Positions 13,200 through 25,743 of a stretch of 64,000 bases of DNA are shown piece by piece. The notes beneath the pieces are model-generated. The model searched no databases. It was not told the DNA's origin and saw only the letters and a list, made by a program, of their open reading frames with translations. Source of the DNA: Selaginella moellendorffii (taxonomy: Eukaryota; Plantae; Lycopodiophyta); the NCBI RefSeq assembly GCF_000143415.4, contig NW_003314395.1:124001-188000 (forward strand), given 5' to 3'. Made by a program: the position numbers and the translations under genes. Within the stretch, counting starts at the first letter, position 1. Each line of letters starts with the position of its first letter.

Positions 13200-14300
13200 C
13201 CAATTTAAACAATTTCATATAAAAAGTGAACTAAAACATTTCAATCTCCTTTTGGGGAAGGTATAGTTCATGTTAATTGCCTTGTGTTGTCATTTGGAGT
13301 AGCCAGCTTTCAATATAGTAGAGTATATAAAGCATTTGCTATAATATTGCTCTTCCCAAGTTTATAAAGGATCTCGCAATCAAACTTGACTAAAACATTA
13401 GCCCATTAATTCTATTTTCCTTGAAGGTCAAGTTATGATAAAAAGTGTTTTATTGTCATATTATTTATATATACTTTAAAGTGTCTCTTAAAGTAATGCT
13501 ACCACTTCTTAAGTGCTTTGACCATTGGAAACAATTTTTTTCATAAGTAGACCATCTTTATTAAATCTTATTCAACTGCTTTGAAAAAAATGCCATCGGA
13601 TGATTGTTTTATTTTAAGATCACATTTAATGCAAAGTTTAAGGCATCCATTTCTACCATAAAGTCTTTACTAACGTTTAGTAATGCCTATATGTCAACTT
13701 CCCTTAAAGGTGGACTAATATCACTTCACATTCTATTGTTTATATTATTTTCTCTTTTCCCGTTTGGTCTTTGCATTTGTTATGAAGTGAGTTATGTCTT
13801 ATTATAGAAAATAAATTCATGAAGAATCATTATGTGATTATTTATTAAGCATAATTTAATGTGTTTAACTTTTGGATTGATATAGATATGTTCTTTATTA
13901 ACTTTTGCATTATGAAATTTTAGCTTATGAAAGTGTTAAAGGAGATATTATAAGTTGTACCATGATTTCTTCTTGGGCATTAAAGGTAGTTAGTGCAAAA
14001 CTTGTGATCTTGGTTTATAGGACTTGAATATATGCTTTTTCAAGTTTTTAATTTTTTAGTTATCATATTCATTATTCTATTTGTTAAGAGTTGTCAAAGA
14101 AGGTGTTTTAGCTCATAAGCTTTTATATTTGAGTTAGTTTCTCATTTAGCAATCATTAGCAATGATTAATTGTCATTTTAGATAGTTTATTACCCTTATT
14201 AGAGTCTTTCTTAATTATTGTTGGTGATCTATTCTTTAGGATGGTAGATTATTCTTCAATAATGATTATGCATCTCTATAGTGCACATAAATTTGGAATT
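13200..14300 (-). mobile_element. Highly degenerate Ty3/Gypsy RT-RNase H remnant
   Basis: Minus-strand translation gives KDFMVEMDALNFALNVILK*NNHPMAFFSKQL, VKALKKW*HYF and WANVLVKFDCEILYKLGKSNIIANA, all RNase H-region motifs. Confidence 0.8.
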
Positions 14301-14354
14301 GAACTCTAAGCTTATTACATTACAAAACACACATTCAATATCCCTTATGAGCAC

Positions 14355-14707
14355 CAACTCTTTGTATGCAATTCTTACATGCAAAATAGTGTCAGATGGT
14401 GTCTAATACAATTTTGGCATACTAGTGGTCTAACACGAAGAAGACTAGAGCAACATAGAACTTGGCTTAATCCCAAACCAAACATAAAACAAGGAGATAT
14501 AATGTAGCAAAAGCTAAATTAATATCTTAGTTGGTTTCACTAGCTCTTTGTATGCAAGTCCTATATATCAAATGTTGTTTGGCACAATTTTGGTATATTA
14601 GTGGTCTAACACAAGAAGAACTACAGCAACATAGAGCTTGGATTTAATCCCAAACCAAATATAGAAGGAGTTTAGCAAGAGCCAAAGTAATATCTTAGTT
14701 GGTTCCC
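14355..14707. repeat. Two diverged tandem copies of a roughly 170-185 bp unit
   Basis: ctctttgtatgcaa...tagtggtctaacac...ttaatcccaaaccaaa...aatatcttagttggtt occurs twice. Confidence 0.8.
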
Positions 14708-14829
14708 CCTTGAGGAATGCACACTTTGGGCTTCACCTTAGTTTCAAGAGTTAGTCTTTAGGATAAGTATGAAACTTACTAAATATGGAATAGTGTTAAA
14801 TTGCAAATTAAGATGTAGGAACAATACCA

Positions 14830-15055
14830 TGGAGTTTAATACACTCTCTATATTCTGTAGATATGCATTTTAAGCAAATCTAAACACTTATCATAAATAT
14901 TATATAGATCTGGAACAAGACCAACATATAGGGTATGATAGTGAGGGTTTAAAGCACTTTTTACATTCTATAAATATGCCTTTTGAACAAATTTAGACAC
15001 TTATTATAAATATTATATGGATCTGAAATAGAACCAATACATAGGGCATAATAAC
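14830..15055. repeat. Two diverged tandem copies of a roughly 115 bp unit
   Basis: acactta[tc]ataaatattatat[ag]gatctg..aa..gaccaa..ataggg occurs twice. Confidence 0.75.
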
Positions 15056-17959
15056 AATGATCTATAATGGCAATCACAATAAACTATCATGTAGCAATAT
15101 TAAGGAACTAAATTCAATATTATAAGGGTTTTTGCCAAGCCAGTGTAAAATAGAGTAAAAGAGAATTAAAAGCTAAACCAAAAATACTCAACAAAAATAC
15201 ATAGATGTTCCTACTTTATGTTCATTTAGCTAAATATAAATATTAAACCCAATTTACTAACACTTGAACAATAAGGGCTAACAAAGGTAACTAGCATTAC
15301 CGACTTCCTACCATCATGGCAGTAAGGAGAGAGTGTTTGTAAGGATGGCTAATAAGTATTCTTCCATATCTGAAGTCATATTTGAGATAATCTCTCTTGA
15401 TAAGATGATTGATCTTAGTTTTTTATTTTATATAGCTTTTGGCTTTTTATCTTACTACATATTTTTATGGTTTATTTAGGATTAGGTTTAAAGTATTAGT
15501 AGGATATTATTGACACTTACTTTAGAAACTTTAATTTTACTAAGGTTAGTTATGATATATTAGAATGCCATTTCCTTCAAGTAATATATTTGTGAGCATT
15601 TTGCTTATCCAGTCAATGATACTTTGTGTTCTTTGAGTTCTATTATGTAAGTTGTTTAACATGCTATCAATAATATTTGATAGTTAAGCTTTATTATTGA
15701 GTCTAATAATACACTTGCTATTATATTTTGTTAGATGGTTTTTAAATAATAATAATCTTAGTGGTTCCTATCCTCTACTAGTTTTTAAAATAATAACTTA
15801 ATTAGAATACTCTTGTGTTCTAATTTAAGATTTATTCACTAATAATTCCATATCTCTAAGATATTTTGTTTATAACTTTAATATGGTCAATCATATTGAT
15901 CTTAATGTTTAGGCTAGTATAGGCAACTTGGCTTTGGCATTTTGTATGTATGGTAAAATCTTTAGTCATAGAGTAGCTATTAGAAATTGGTTATATCAAC
16001 TGCCTCTTTCTTAATGTTCCTAATTTTATTTAAAATGACATAATTGTGTAAACAATTCTAATTATTTTTTTTATAGTAGTCTATCTAAACTTTACTAATG
16101 GGTTTGGATTGTTTCCTCAAGAGGGTTAAAACCTTTAATTTATCTCTTTGTGTTATCTACAAACAGAGGTATATCATATTTTGTAAGTTATGTGACACCT
16201 AGAGTAACAAAGATGGCTAACTTTGTTAGTTAATTCTTTGTTAATGACTGTCAGAAGGTGTTTAAGTGGTAGCACATTTAGGTTAGATAAATGAGTTGCT
16301 CCAGAACTCATTTCATTTGATACATTTCTCACAAAATATGAACACAATGAACTTTTTATAAAGTTATTTTTTTGGCAGTGGTTTAGACTAGAGTATGCAT
16401 CAACAAGGATGTCAATATTTTAAAAAGGAGGGGAGTGTGTCATAAATGTAACTACAAGTATCAAAAGTTACATTTTAGTTAGTTTTTTAAGATATTTTCA
16501 TTTTACTACTACAATAGTAGGAGATCAGTATTGCAAAACTCTTTATTAGTCTCTGCAAAACCATTTTAAATTATATTAGTTATCCAAGTTGAGTAACTAA
16601 TTAGCATATATGCACTTAGATTGTGTGGGATTGTACCGAACCCTCGTTTCATAGCGCAACGGGCTTCGAGTTTAGCTCCAAATTTATGTGTGCTACATAC
16701 ATGCAAAAGAGCACTACTAAGTTGTCATTTAGTTAAGTATATTTAACACAAATAATGATAAACTCATGTTGTTAAATTTCACTAGCTAATGTTGGGAACC
16801 CCCCACCCCCCTAATATTAAGTCTAGTCCCTGCATGGTAATTTATTATGTCCTCCAAGATATCACTCTCTATGTTCCATATAGTCCTATTAGCTATTATA
16901 GAAAGTGTCTAAATTTACAAATAAGGCCTATATACTAATACATGCTTTTATATAGGGGGTAGGGGGTATAGTAAGTGGGTAGGTTGGGTATAACCAACTA
17001 ATATAAGGCATTGTTTAGCTCCCTACTAAATATGTCTATCTTTATTCTGTTGGCTTAGATCTAAACCTAAGTTCCATATTATGATAGCTAGTGGAGTACT
17101 TATGTCTTTGCGTTAGGCCATTAATATATTAAAATTTGTTTAACTTTATTTTGCATCATACTTTTATCATTAAGATGTTAAATAGTCTAAAATTGTTTTA
17201 ATGTCATTCCATACTCTTATCCTTTCACTCTTTGACTATATACTTAAGAGTTTAATTTTTAGAAGTTTGGCTTCAAAACCCTGAAACTCAAGTTCTACTC
17301 CCATATGTCCAAAGGTTAAAGTTTCACTTTGTAATTATTCTATAGTAAACCATTATAAGGTAAAAAATAAAAATCACATGTGTTATAAGTTTTATTATTG
17401 TCACATAAGAAGCACAAAGTGAATGAGATAGTGTTAGTTTATAAAACAAATAAGGAAAGAGTCATAATAATGAGCTATTAAAGAAGTTCATTACAATTCC
17501 TCAAGGATATAGTTAAGGAGGCTGATTATGATCAGGGTATGTTTATGGTATCATCACGGTCAAAAAAATTCCAAATAACTGCTTCTTTAGACATCAATGA
17601 TCCATGTTGACAATACATGGAATAGAAAGGCATAAGGCAAGCGAAAGAAACTATCTGGTTGATAATAAACAAGAGAAACATCAAACCGTTGTCTATGTTT
17701 TCTAGTTTTAATCAAACAAATCATAATATTGTAGCTTTTAAGGATTTAGCACAAATAACAATCAGCTTATGTAGATGTGATAATTTCCTATTATATCAGT
17801 AATAAATTTTAGGGATCTAAGTATATAAAATATTAAACAAAGCTCATCTCATGTGGTCGTAGGACAAGCTTTCTGATTGGGAAACAAGATTTCACCAGAG
17901 TCATTCTCCACCACAAGCTTCTTCTCCTATTAAACTAAGCTGTGGCCTCGTTGTTGGAT

Positions 17960-18635
17960 ATGGCGTCCCCGCTTCAGTGCGGCAAGACCGTCACAAGGCT
18001 GGGCAGCACCTTCGCCTCAGGCGACAGCCCAGTCTTTGGAGGTTCCCAAAGACTCAATGCCCTCAGACAAAGTCCCTCCTCGTCCACTTCCAGGGGATCC
18101 CAGCTCCACGTCTTTGCCATGGCTCCCAAGAACAAGGTACTCCATTCCAATTCTTCGGCCTTGAAAATCTGATGGAACTTCGCCCCCATTGAAGGTGAAC
18201 GCCTACGACGATGACTGGAGCAAGCAATGGTTTGGCGCGGGGATCTTCAACGAGGACGCGGAAAATGAGCCCGTTAACATCGTGAAGAAGCTGGAAAAGA
18301 AGAAGCTACTGAGCCAAGTGGAAAAGGCCGGCCTCTTGTCCAGAGCTGAGAGCGCCGGGATTAGCCTCTCCCAGATCGAGAAGCTGGGACTTCTCTCCAA
18401 AGCCGAGGATCTGGGCTTACTGAGCCTCGCGGAGAATTTTGCGTCTTCGTCCCCTGCTGCTCTGGCCTCCCTTTGCCTGCCTTTGCTCGTCGCTGCCATT
18501 GCCACGATCGTCTTCGTTCCCGATGATTCTACCGTGCTTGTAGTGACGCAGAATGTGGTAGCATCCTTCTTCGCAGTTGGAGCTGGAGGCCTGTTTGTAA
18601 GTTCGATCATACTGAGCGCTCTCCAAGAAGAATAA
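17960..18635 (+). CDS. RIQ2: DUF1118 thylakoid membrane protein (RIQ1/RIQ2 family); intron 18137-18194
   Basis: Transit peptide plus AMAPKNK|VNAYDDDWSKQWFGAG, repeated EKxGLLSKAE motifs and two C-terminal TM helices. Confidence 0.85.
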
Positions 18636-18803
18636 AAAGCTAATGATAATGAAAGAGAGTTCTCGTAAGCTTACCTCTGAGGTTGTAAAAGAGCTGGCTT
18701 CTTGTTACCTGGAAAAATCGCTAGTTAAAATTCATGTGAAATTCTAGTTGGAGTAGAAGGAATGTCTTACCTTTAGCTCATGTCACGACTGTTCTTAGCT
18801 TCT

Positions 18804-19286
18804 TCATGTTGGAAATGGCCCCAAATCGAGTCCTTCGAGAGTCACCTTCACGTAGATTGCAAGAACTAGCGTCGCGATGGTCGCCAGGACGGTGAGAATG
18901 ACAGATATCACATTCTTCAGGCAGGACATGCTGGAGCTTCCCTTGCCCGCCGAGGAAGCGCTGGAAAGATTTTGACCTTCCGCGGCCGTCTTATCGCTCC
19001 CAGCCGTCGACTCGCCGAAAGAAACCTCGCTCGTCAGGGAAGACACTTCGAGCTCCTTGAGCTGCTTCTCCACATCTCCGAGCCTGATCTCCGCGGCGCC
19101 TTCCTCCAGGATCGAGATCTGATCATCCTCGATCCCGAGAGCTTCCGGCTTCTTTGCACAGACCTCATCGCCGTTGGTCGCATTCCTCCCCTTTCTCGGC
19201 ACGGATTTCACAGAGAAATCGTGCGCCGGATTCGCCTTTGCTGGCGTCTTCTTAGCCCTGGAGATCGATCTGCCGAAGGCCGCCAT
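18804..19286 (-). CDS. Tail-anchored membrane protein, candidate plant KASH (SINE-like) protein
   Basis: Single C-terminal TM (ISVILTVLATIATLVLAIYV) followed by a 14-aa tail ending GPFPT. Confidence 0.65.
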   Translation of the reverse strand: MAAFGRSISRAKKTPAKANPAHDFSVKSVPRKGRNATNGDEVCAKKPEALGIEDDQISILEEGAAEIRLGDVEKQLKELEVSSLTSEVSFGESTAGSDKTAAEGQNLSSASSAGKGSSSMSCLKNVISVILTVLATIATLVLAIYVKVTLEGLDLGPFPT

Positions 19287-19414
19287 CGCCCGGAACAATA
19301 AAAGCCCTAGCTCTTCCCGCTCTAATTAATTTTAACAGTGAATGGATTAGATTAGTATACATTAACAAACTACTGTTAAACTAAACAAATGCCCAGAGTT
19401 AGGGCAAAAATGCT

Positions 19415-20617
19415 TTAGCAGCAAATAGGGCATCGAATAAGTCCGTTCTCGTTGCATTCAAGGCACTGGATCTTCTCTCCACTCCCATCCTCCGCCAAGA
19501 TCTTGCAGCTACCGTTACAATCCAGGCACAGCATGAATCGAGCGCCGCCACAGCCATCGCAAGCTTTGCTGTGATCCTCTCGCCGAATCCCCTGGAGCAA
19601 TCTCGCCAGCAGCCCCTTCTCGTGAGCCTTCGACACCTCCTCCAATCCGCCGATCAATCGCCCCCTCACAAACAGCCTGGGAACCGCGCAGGATTGCGAG
19701 AGCTCCTTGAGCTCCTGCCGGAACGCCTGATGCATCGATAGATCCCTCTCGTCCACGCTCACGCCATAGCTCCTGACGATCTCGAGCACCGTGCTACATT
19801 CCTCGTGTGTTCTTCGCACCCCTCGCAGGCTCGTGTAGTAGACCACGGCCTTGGATTCGCCAGCCGGAGGACAGAGGAGCTGGAAATCGCGAAGCTCCAC
19901 TGGATTCTCGTCTAGAGACCTCGGATCGTCTTTCGGATCGCAATCGAGAGGCCTCGCTGCTGAAAGATCCCGCTGGCTAACATCCGATGGAGATTTCTTC
20001 GAGTTCCAGTCCTCCTCTGAGATTTGCTCGAAAGCCCTCTCGATGCTCCCCAGGAGATCCGGATCGAACAGGCTCCGGCTCGTGCTGGTGCTGCTGGACG
20101 AGGTGGCTGTCTCCACGATCGAATTGCTAGCCTTGGACGAGATGCATCGCATTTTCTTGCTTGAGCGTTGGTGGTGGTGCTGGCACTGCTGCCGCGGCTG
20201 CTCCTCGAGCTCCTGGTCGGATCTGTGAAGCTCGCGGACGATGTCGTATGTAGAGGTGGAGGAATTGCTGCTGGAGCCCCTTGGGTGATGCGAGGTCTGG
20301 CTGAGAGCATAGAAATCCTGCTGCTGCTGCTGTTCCTGGCGATTATCATCGCCTTCCAGCCCCTTCATGAGCTCCACGGCATTGATCACCTCTGGGCGAT
20401 CCTTCTTCTCCTGCTTGCCATCGCGATCAAGGACGCCATACGTACTGGATGTGAGCGCCACAAAGTGGTTCCGCTGGCGCTGCTGCTGGCGATCGTCAAC
20501 AAGATCCTCATCCGCTGCGCGGGACCTCTTCCTCGATCTCTTGGGAGTGGCGCTGACGCCGGGATTATCCTCGCGCTCCGCCTGCAAATGCATCACTCGC
20601 GATGACGCGCACCCCAT
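19415..20617 (-). CDS. Glutaredoxin-like (GRX-like, 4CxxC) protein
   Basis: MGCASS N-terminus, VVYYTSLRGVRRTHEEC, DERDLSMH, VPRLFVRGRLIGG and C-terminal CxxC x4 (CLECNENGLIRCPIC). Confidence 0.92.
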   Translation of the reverse strand: MGCASSRVMHLQAEREDNPGVSATPKRSRKRSRAADEDLVDDRQQQRQRNHFVALTSSTYGVLDRDGKQEKKDRPEVINAVELMKGLEGDDNRQEQQQQQDFYALSQTSHHPRGSSSNSSTSTYDIVRELHRSDQELEEQPRQQCQHHHQRSSKKMRCISSKASNSIVETATSSSSTSTSRSLFDPDLLGSIERAFEQISEEDWNSKKSPSDVSQRDLSAARPLDCDPKDDPRSLDENPVELRDFQLLCPPAGESKAVVYYTSLRGVRRTHEECSTVLEIVRSYGVSVDERDLSMHQAFRQELKELSQSCAVPRLFVRGRLIGGLEEVSKAHEKGLLARLLQGIRREDHSKACDGCGGARFMLCLDCNGSCKILAEDGSGEKIQCLECNENGLIRCPICC

Positions 20618-20973
20618 GTCTATCCCGGATCGATAGAGTGAAAGCCCTAGCCACAAAGAAAGAAAAAGATTGTTACACGGGGCTTCTTAAGTATCTTCAG
20701 GGCATCTGGAGCAGCCATGGCAACCATCAATGGCTGTTTTTTTCATCCAAATAGAACACATTCCGTTTAAAACAGTCACTAGCCGTTAGAGATAAAAAAA
20801 CTATTCTACGAATATTCAATCTTAAAGGATATGCTACGAATATTTTGCCTATGAGTCTTTTTAGTCACTTTGCTTTGTTTCCTTTTCCACAATGGAGAGT
20901 TAACATTCACAGCAGGACGGCATTCCTTCCTATTCGAGCATACCTTTACATGGACCGACGAAGAAGTTCTCGC

Positions 20974-22077
20974 TCACTCGGCACCAGCGCTTTGTTGGAG
21001 ATTGTTCGCATCGTCCAGGTATGTCTCGGAGTACTCCGGGAAATCCTGGACACTAGCCTCGTAGTCCACCTTTGGGTACACTGCCTGCTGCTGCTCGCCA
21101 CCGCTCTTCCTCGCTGGATCGTTCATCCGTGACCGCTTCGCTGGGGGTGGATTCCCAGTTTCTTTTATTTCTTCTGGGGCATCGGCCTTCTTGTCCGAGC
21201 CTTGAATGCCCCTCGTCTGGATCCTCAGCTGCTCGTTCAGCCTTTCGTGCTCCTCGATCAGTTTCTCGAGGTACTTGGTCTGCGTCTCCAGCCGTAACTG
21301 GAATTGTCGTTGGACCTGTAAGGCGACATGTTTCCTCTTTCTTTCAAAAGGAAACGAAAGCTTTTCTAACCTCCAGCTGGTCTTGCAGGCGTTTCTGGAC
21401 TTCGACTTGTACCCGCACAGCTTCCGCAAGATCGAAGGCTCTGTAAGGCGATTAGGAAAAGCTCAAAAACGGAGGAAAAAGAAAAAAGGAAAACGTACGA
21501 GTCAATGTGGGGAACCATGTCGTCCATTTTCTTTTCATGGTCGCCTCCTGGAACAAAACGTCCACAATGTCAGAGAGCTAGAAAGTTTCTCATTCATCAT
21601 CACCTTCTATCATAGCGCCTGGAGTCGAGAGCCTAAACTTCTGTGATCGACGACGGCGCTTAGCGACAGTAAAAAAATGATTTTATTTTCCAAACACTTG
21701 CCTGCAAATGGCTCTTCACGTGATAGACCGTCAGTCCTTTCACCTCCATGTACCTCAAAACACCTTTGGGCGTTGCTCCTGTTCACACACACACCACAAA
21801 CAAAAAGAAGAAAGCAGCAAAAGCTTAAGCTTGAATCGAAAGGAACAAGAGAAAAGGAAAGAGGGAGCGCTTTCTTACTGTCAGGACCACCAAGAGATTT
21901 CACAGCGTCCACGAAGCGATCGTGCAAGTCGGGCGTCCAGCGGAGGCGCTGCTTGACGGAGTTCCCAGCTCCAGAGATGCCGGGGCTGTTTGGACCACTG
22001 TCCTCGGAAACGATGTCGGGGGTCTCCTGCGTTGGCTGCAGCAAGCTCGCGGGCGAGAGCTTTTTGTCCTCGTACAT
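20974..22077 (-). CDS. MYB-CC (PHR1-like/PHL) GARP transcription factor, multi-exon
   Basis: [39 protein letters not shown] and coiled coil [25 protein letters not shown]. Confidence 0.9.
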
Positions 22078-22469
22078 TGTCTAACCAAGAAACGAAAGAA
22101 CACAAAAAAAAAATTGAGAGAAAAAAAAAATTTTAGCCCCACGCACGGAGAAAACCCTCCCTCTCGTAACTAACAAAACTGAAAAGAAAGACGACGAGCG
22201 ATCCGAGACGCCAAGAGGCTCGAATTCGCCAATTCGTGGCACGAATTAGGCCTAGAACACCACTGATTCTCGCGGCGGCGCGAGACACACAATTCAGGCG
22301 CTACGAATCTCACCATGGGTAGAGCGTTGAGCGCCCCGCTCCCGCTGTGCCAATCTTCCGCCAGCGATCGCCGCCGCGCAGCGCCTATGGCTGTTAGTGA
22401 ATCTTGGGTCCGAGAATCTGTTCTATAAACCCTAACACAGGCACCACTCGAAGCTAATAGACGATTGTG

Positions 22470-22495
22470 GCCGTCGGATCTGTGGATCCGACGGC
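22470..22495. promoter_or_regulatory. Perfect 11-bp inverted repeat (GCCGTCGGATC-tgtg-GATCCGACGGC) upstream of the PHL gene
   Basis: Read directly; a telo-box AAACCCTAA lies about 40 bp away. Confidence 0.6.
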
Positions 22496-22798
22496 TGCCG
22501 TGCTTCTTGTTCTAAATGGGATCCCTGCATTGAGCGCTGCTTTCAAGAACCCTTGGCATATGCTGCTTTTTCAAAGTGTGGGCATATTCTTACGTTTGAT
22601 TCATGCATATAGATTTACTGCGTAGGAACCAATTCATCAAATCCATGGCCGAAGCAGCAGCTATAAACCCGAGCTCGCGAAAGAAAGAAAAACTTGTAAC
22701 TTGTTGGGGGAGTCTCTAGAATAATCCTAAAGTTCTAGCTAACAATCCGCGCTCGTCTTTGATCTTTTGTCATCAAAATCCTGGGCGAGGCGAGCGGG

Positions 22799-23719
22799 TC
22801 AACTCTCGGCTTTCGCAGCGTCTGGAAGCTCCTCCGGATCTGCAGACAGTAGAATCAGTTTTTCTTTTTTACGATCTTTCTGAGAGTACCAGCTGTTTTC
22901 TCCAGCGTCGTCGCTGTGTCGGTTTTTTTCGAGGCGTCCGGAAGAGTCTCTGGATCTAGCAAAACCATGAAATGAGGAAACTAGAGAGAAGACTACACTA
23001 GGAGAAAACAAACCTTCATCGTCGCTATCGGCTTCATTTCCACCCATGTCGAAGTTCTAAACACGGAAGCAAAAGAAACGTAAGATTCAAGACGAGCGAA
23101 TGCGAGAAACAAGCATACCGAGAGATCACCAAGCCCGCCTAGTTCGAAATCTTCCGCTATCCGAGAAGAAGTTAGATCAAGACTGGAAAGGACAGAAGAG
23201 AAAAGGGAAAAAAGATCACTCACCACCACCACCACCACCTCCAACCTCGTTCTCCTCATCTTCATCAACCCATTTGTTCCAGTCCACTTTCAAGTAAGGA
23301 GGAGCTCTTCCCTCACTTTTGATTAGCCTCGGCCACCACATCTTCTCTGCTTTTTCAATGACAACGAAAATCTGCCGCGCGCCAGTGCTAATCTTACTCG
23401 CCTGCAAGTGAAGAACACCCTATTGTTAATAACACAAGGAAGAGGAAGAAAATGAGGGAAAGGAGAGCTCACCTCCACGTTAATTTCCTTGAACAGCTCC
23501 AGCTCCACTTCGTATTTCTCATCGCTAGCTCCAGCCGTCGCGGAGAACTTGAGCTTCCCTTGCGGCTCAATCTTCACAACCGGAGACTTGGCATCGGGCA
23601 GTTCAATGGTGAGAAACACGCGCTCTGAATGCTGCGCCCACACAATCTCTGGATGCCTGCTCACAAAACCATCAGATTTTCTCTCCAGGCGCCACAGATT
23701 CACAAAGAACAGACCTCAT
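22799..23719 (-). CDS. p23: p23 (CS-domain) HSP90 co-chaperone, multi-exon
   Basis: RHPEIVWAQ...VFLTIELPDAK, WWPRLIK, YLKVDWNKWVDEDEE and acidic tail. Confidence 0.92.
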
Positions 23720-23859
23720 GGCGCTTCTCCGACGCACGAACAAACGACGACCTAACTGAGAACCCTAGATACCTAGTAAAGAAGAAATCGTGAGCCGTTG
23801 GATCGGCACGAAGCTAGATAATCCAACAGTGTCAGATGCGGTACCGGGTTTATTGGCGG

Positions 23860-24576
23860 TTAAAGCTTTCTTATTACATCATCTTCTTCGTGGCACCAAG
23901 AGTTATAGTCTTGGACGATTCCTTTGGATAGATCTCGCTCCAGGCTTGCCAGGATTGTCTCCATTGCCACATCGCCGGCGAGCTTCACTGCTTGATGCGG
24001 GAGGATCGACGGCAAGTCAATCGCCAGAGCCAGTGTTAGAAATCCCTCAAAAGAATGTGGCTCTTCTCCTTCATCTGTCCTGGGAAGTAAAGCTCCATAC
24101 CTTTGGCGCTGTTTTACTACGCGGAGCTCTCCTTGAAGCGAGAAGTTTATGTCGAGATCGGGGCCTCCATGGAGCTTGACGTACAACTGTTGCGACTGGA
24201 TCTTAAGAAGTTGCAAGGCTTCGTCAAAATCCACCCTGCGCGTGTCAATCAAGAGTCGAGAACCATGATTAGATCCCTGTGGAAAACAAAAACAAAGAAG
24301 AGCTTACTTGAAATCACAGACGGGTGTAGCTGACATAGAAAAAACTGAAACAGTTATCAACCGAGCTCGCCAGAGTGATCCTTCAATGTGCTGCGCACGA
24401 GCAGGCTCCTGGAATGTGATCCTTATAACACGATCCACCTGTTTGAGGTACTCTTGCGGGGATTTTTCCCTCTTCTCGCACGGGAGAAACAATTTTTTGC
24501 TTCGTTGAAATCTCGCAAGATGGCTCTTCACGGGAAAGTGAGCCGCCGGGTTCCAGCCTTGGATACGAAGCGCCAT
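23860..24576 (-). CDS. DUF1997 family protein (one intron; start uncertain)
   Basis: SPQEYLKQVDRVIRITF, LQGELRV and AGDVAMETILASLERDLSKGIVQDYNSW resemble DUF1997. Confidence 0.65.
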
Positions 24577-24829
24577 TGCTTCAGCTTGTTCTTCGACTTC
24601 CTGGAAACAATTAAAAACATGCCAATCCAAAGTGCTCTTGCTGATCTGTTTACCTTGCGTGTTGACAAGAAAGTCAAGGCACCATCCTAAGCAGCTGTTG
24701 TTTCTAAACACGCAGGATTTCCACAAACAACGTGCCAATTAAAACAGGAACACGAGACAAGGAGACTTCATACCTGTTCATGACTACAACGTGTCGCGAG
24801 TTAAAGGAGCTTGTGTAGAAGTATTCCGC

Positions 24830-25743
24830 TCACACTTTCGGTTGTTCTACATAGAGTTGTACGTTGAGAAACTGACTTTTCATCGATTTGATGGGCGTGA
24901 TGAGGGGTGGATGCGCCCAAGCCCCAATTTCCGTGGGAATCCAGGCAAGATCACCGCTGCTTTCAGTAGTTTGCATCTGCTTTGAATACGCAACTAGCTC
25001 CCAAGAGCAATCTGTAGAGATAGTTGTAAGTGAGACAGAACAAAAGAACAAGCAAAAGAAACAAAAAAAAAAAACGCAGGGAGTAGGACCTGGAGGTAGA
25101 GGTAGCAACAAATGACGAGAAGCGCCAATCTTCATAAAAAACGCTCGCAGATCCGGCTCCAAGTCATTTAACCGAAACTCCCCCTCGAAAGAAAGATCCA
25201 CTTGCAGTTTAAAGATGAACTTTTCCACTGCTACGTTCTCCTTATTATGCACCACGAGAGCTATTTTGTCGACGACACCCTGTTCAAGGCATGAGTGAAG
25301 AAAGGAAAACAATGCGATATACTGAGATACCTGTGTGATCCAAGTGTGCAAACTATACACAACGTCATGGATGTATTGCTGAAGCCCGGGATGGCGAGCC
25401 CAGTGAATGAGACAATTCATGTAGCGCCGCCGCTCGAAAACTTCTGTAATGAGCACGCCATGAGATCTTTGGAATCACAACTAGTAAAGCACGCAGGAAG
25501 TGATTCTAATGCGGAAGATTCAAACGCGCGAAGAAACGAAAATGCAGATGAATAGAGCCGCCACAAAGATCCAAACCATTGCGAATCTCAAATGCTTCTC
25601 ACCTGGAGAGTATAATCCACGAATCGAGAGCAGTAGATGGACGGCGGCTTCCAGAAACTCGCACAGCAGCGTCGCAGCTGGATCTAGACACTCCAAGATC
25701 AATCAATCTCGCTGGAAAGCGGTGGAAACATACCTGTCGCCAT
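24830..25743 (-). CDS. REV7: REV7/MAD2L2 HORMA protein, DNA polymerase zeta processivity subunit
   Basis: LCEFLEAAVHLLLSIRGLYSP, FERRRYMN...WARHPGLQQYIH, VEKFIFKL and ITPIKSM...LNVQLYVE. Confidence 0.9.

Noticed and set aside
14355-15055. Repeats considered as a CRISPR-like array
   Set aside because: Only two long diverged copies each, no spacers, eukaryotic TE context.
15300-16800. Possible plus-strand LTR element end (purine tract AAAAAGGAGGGGAG then TG near 16423-16440)
   Set aside because: No second LTR or readable integrase motif could be confirmed by eye.
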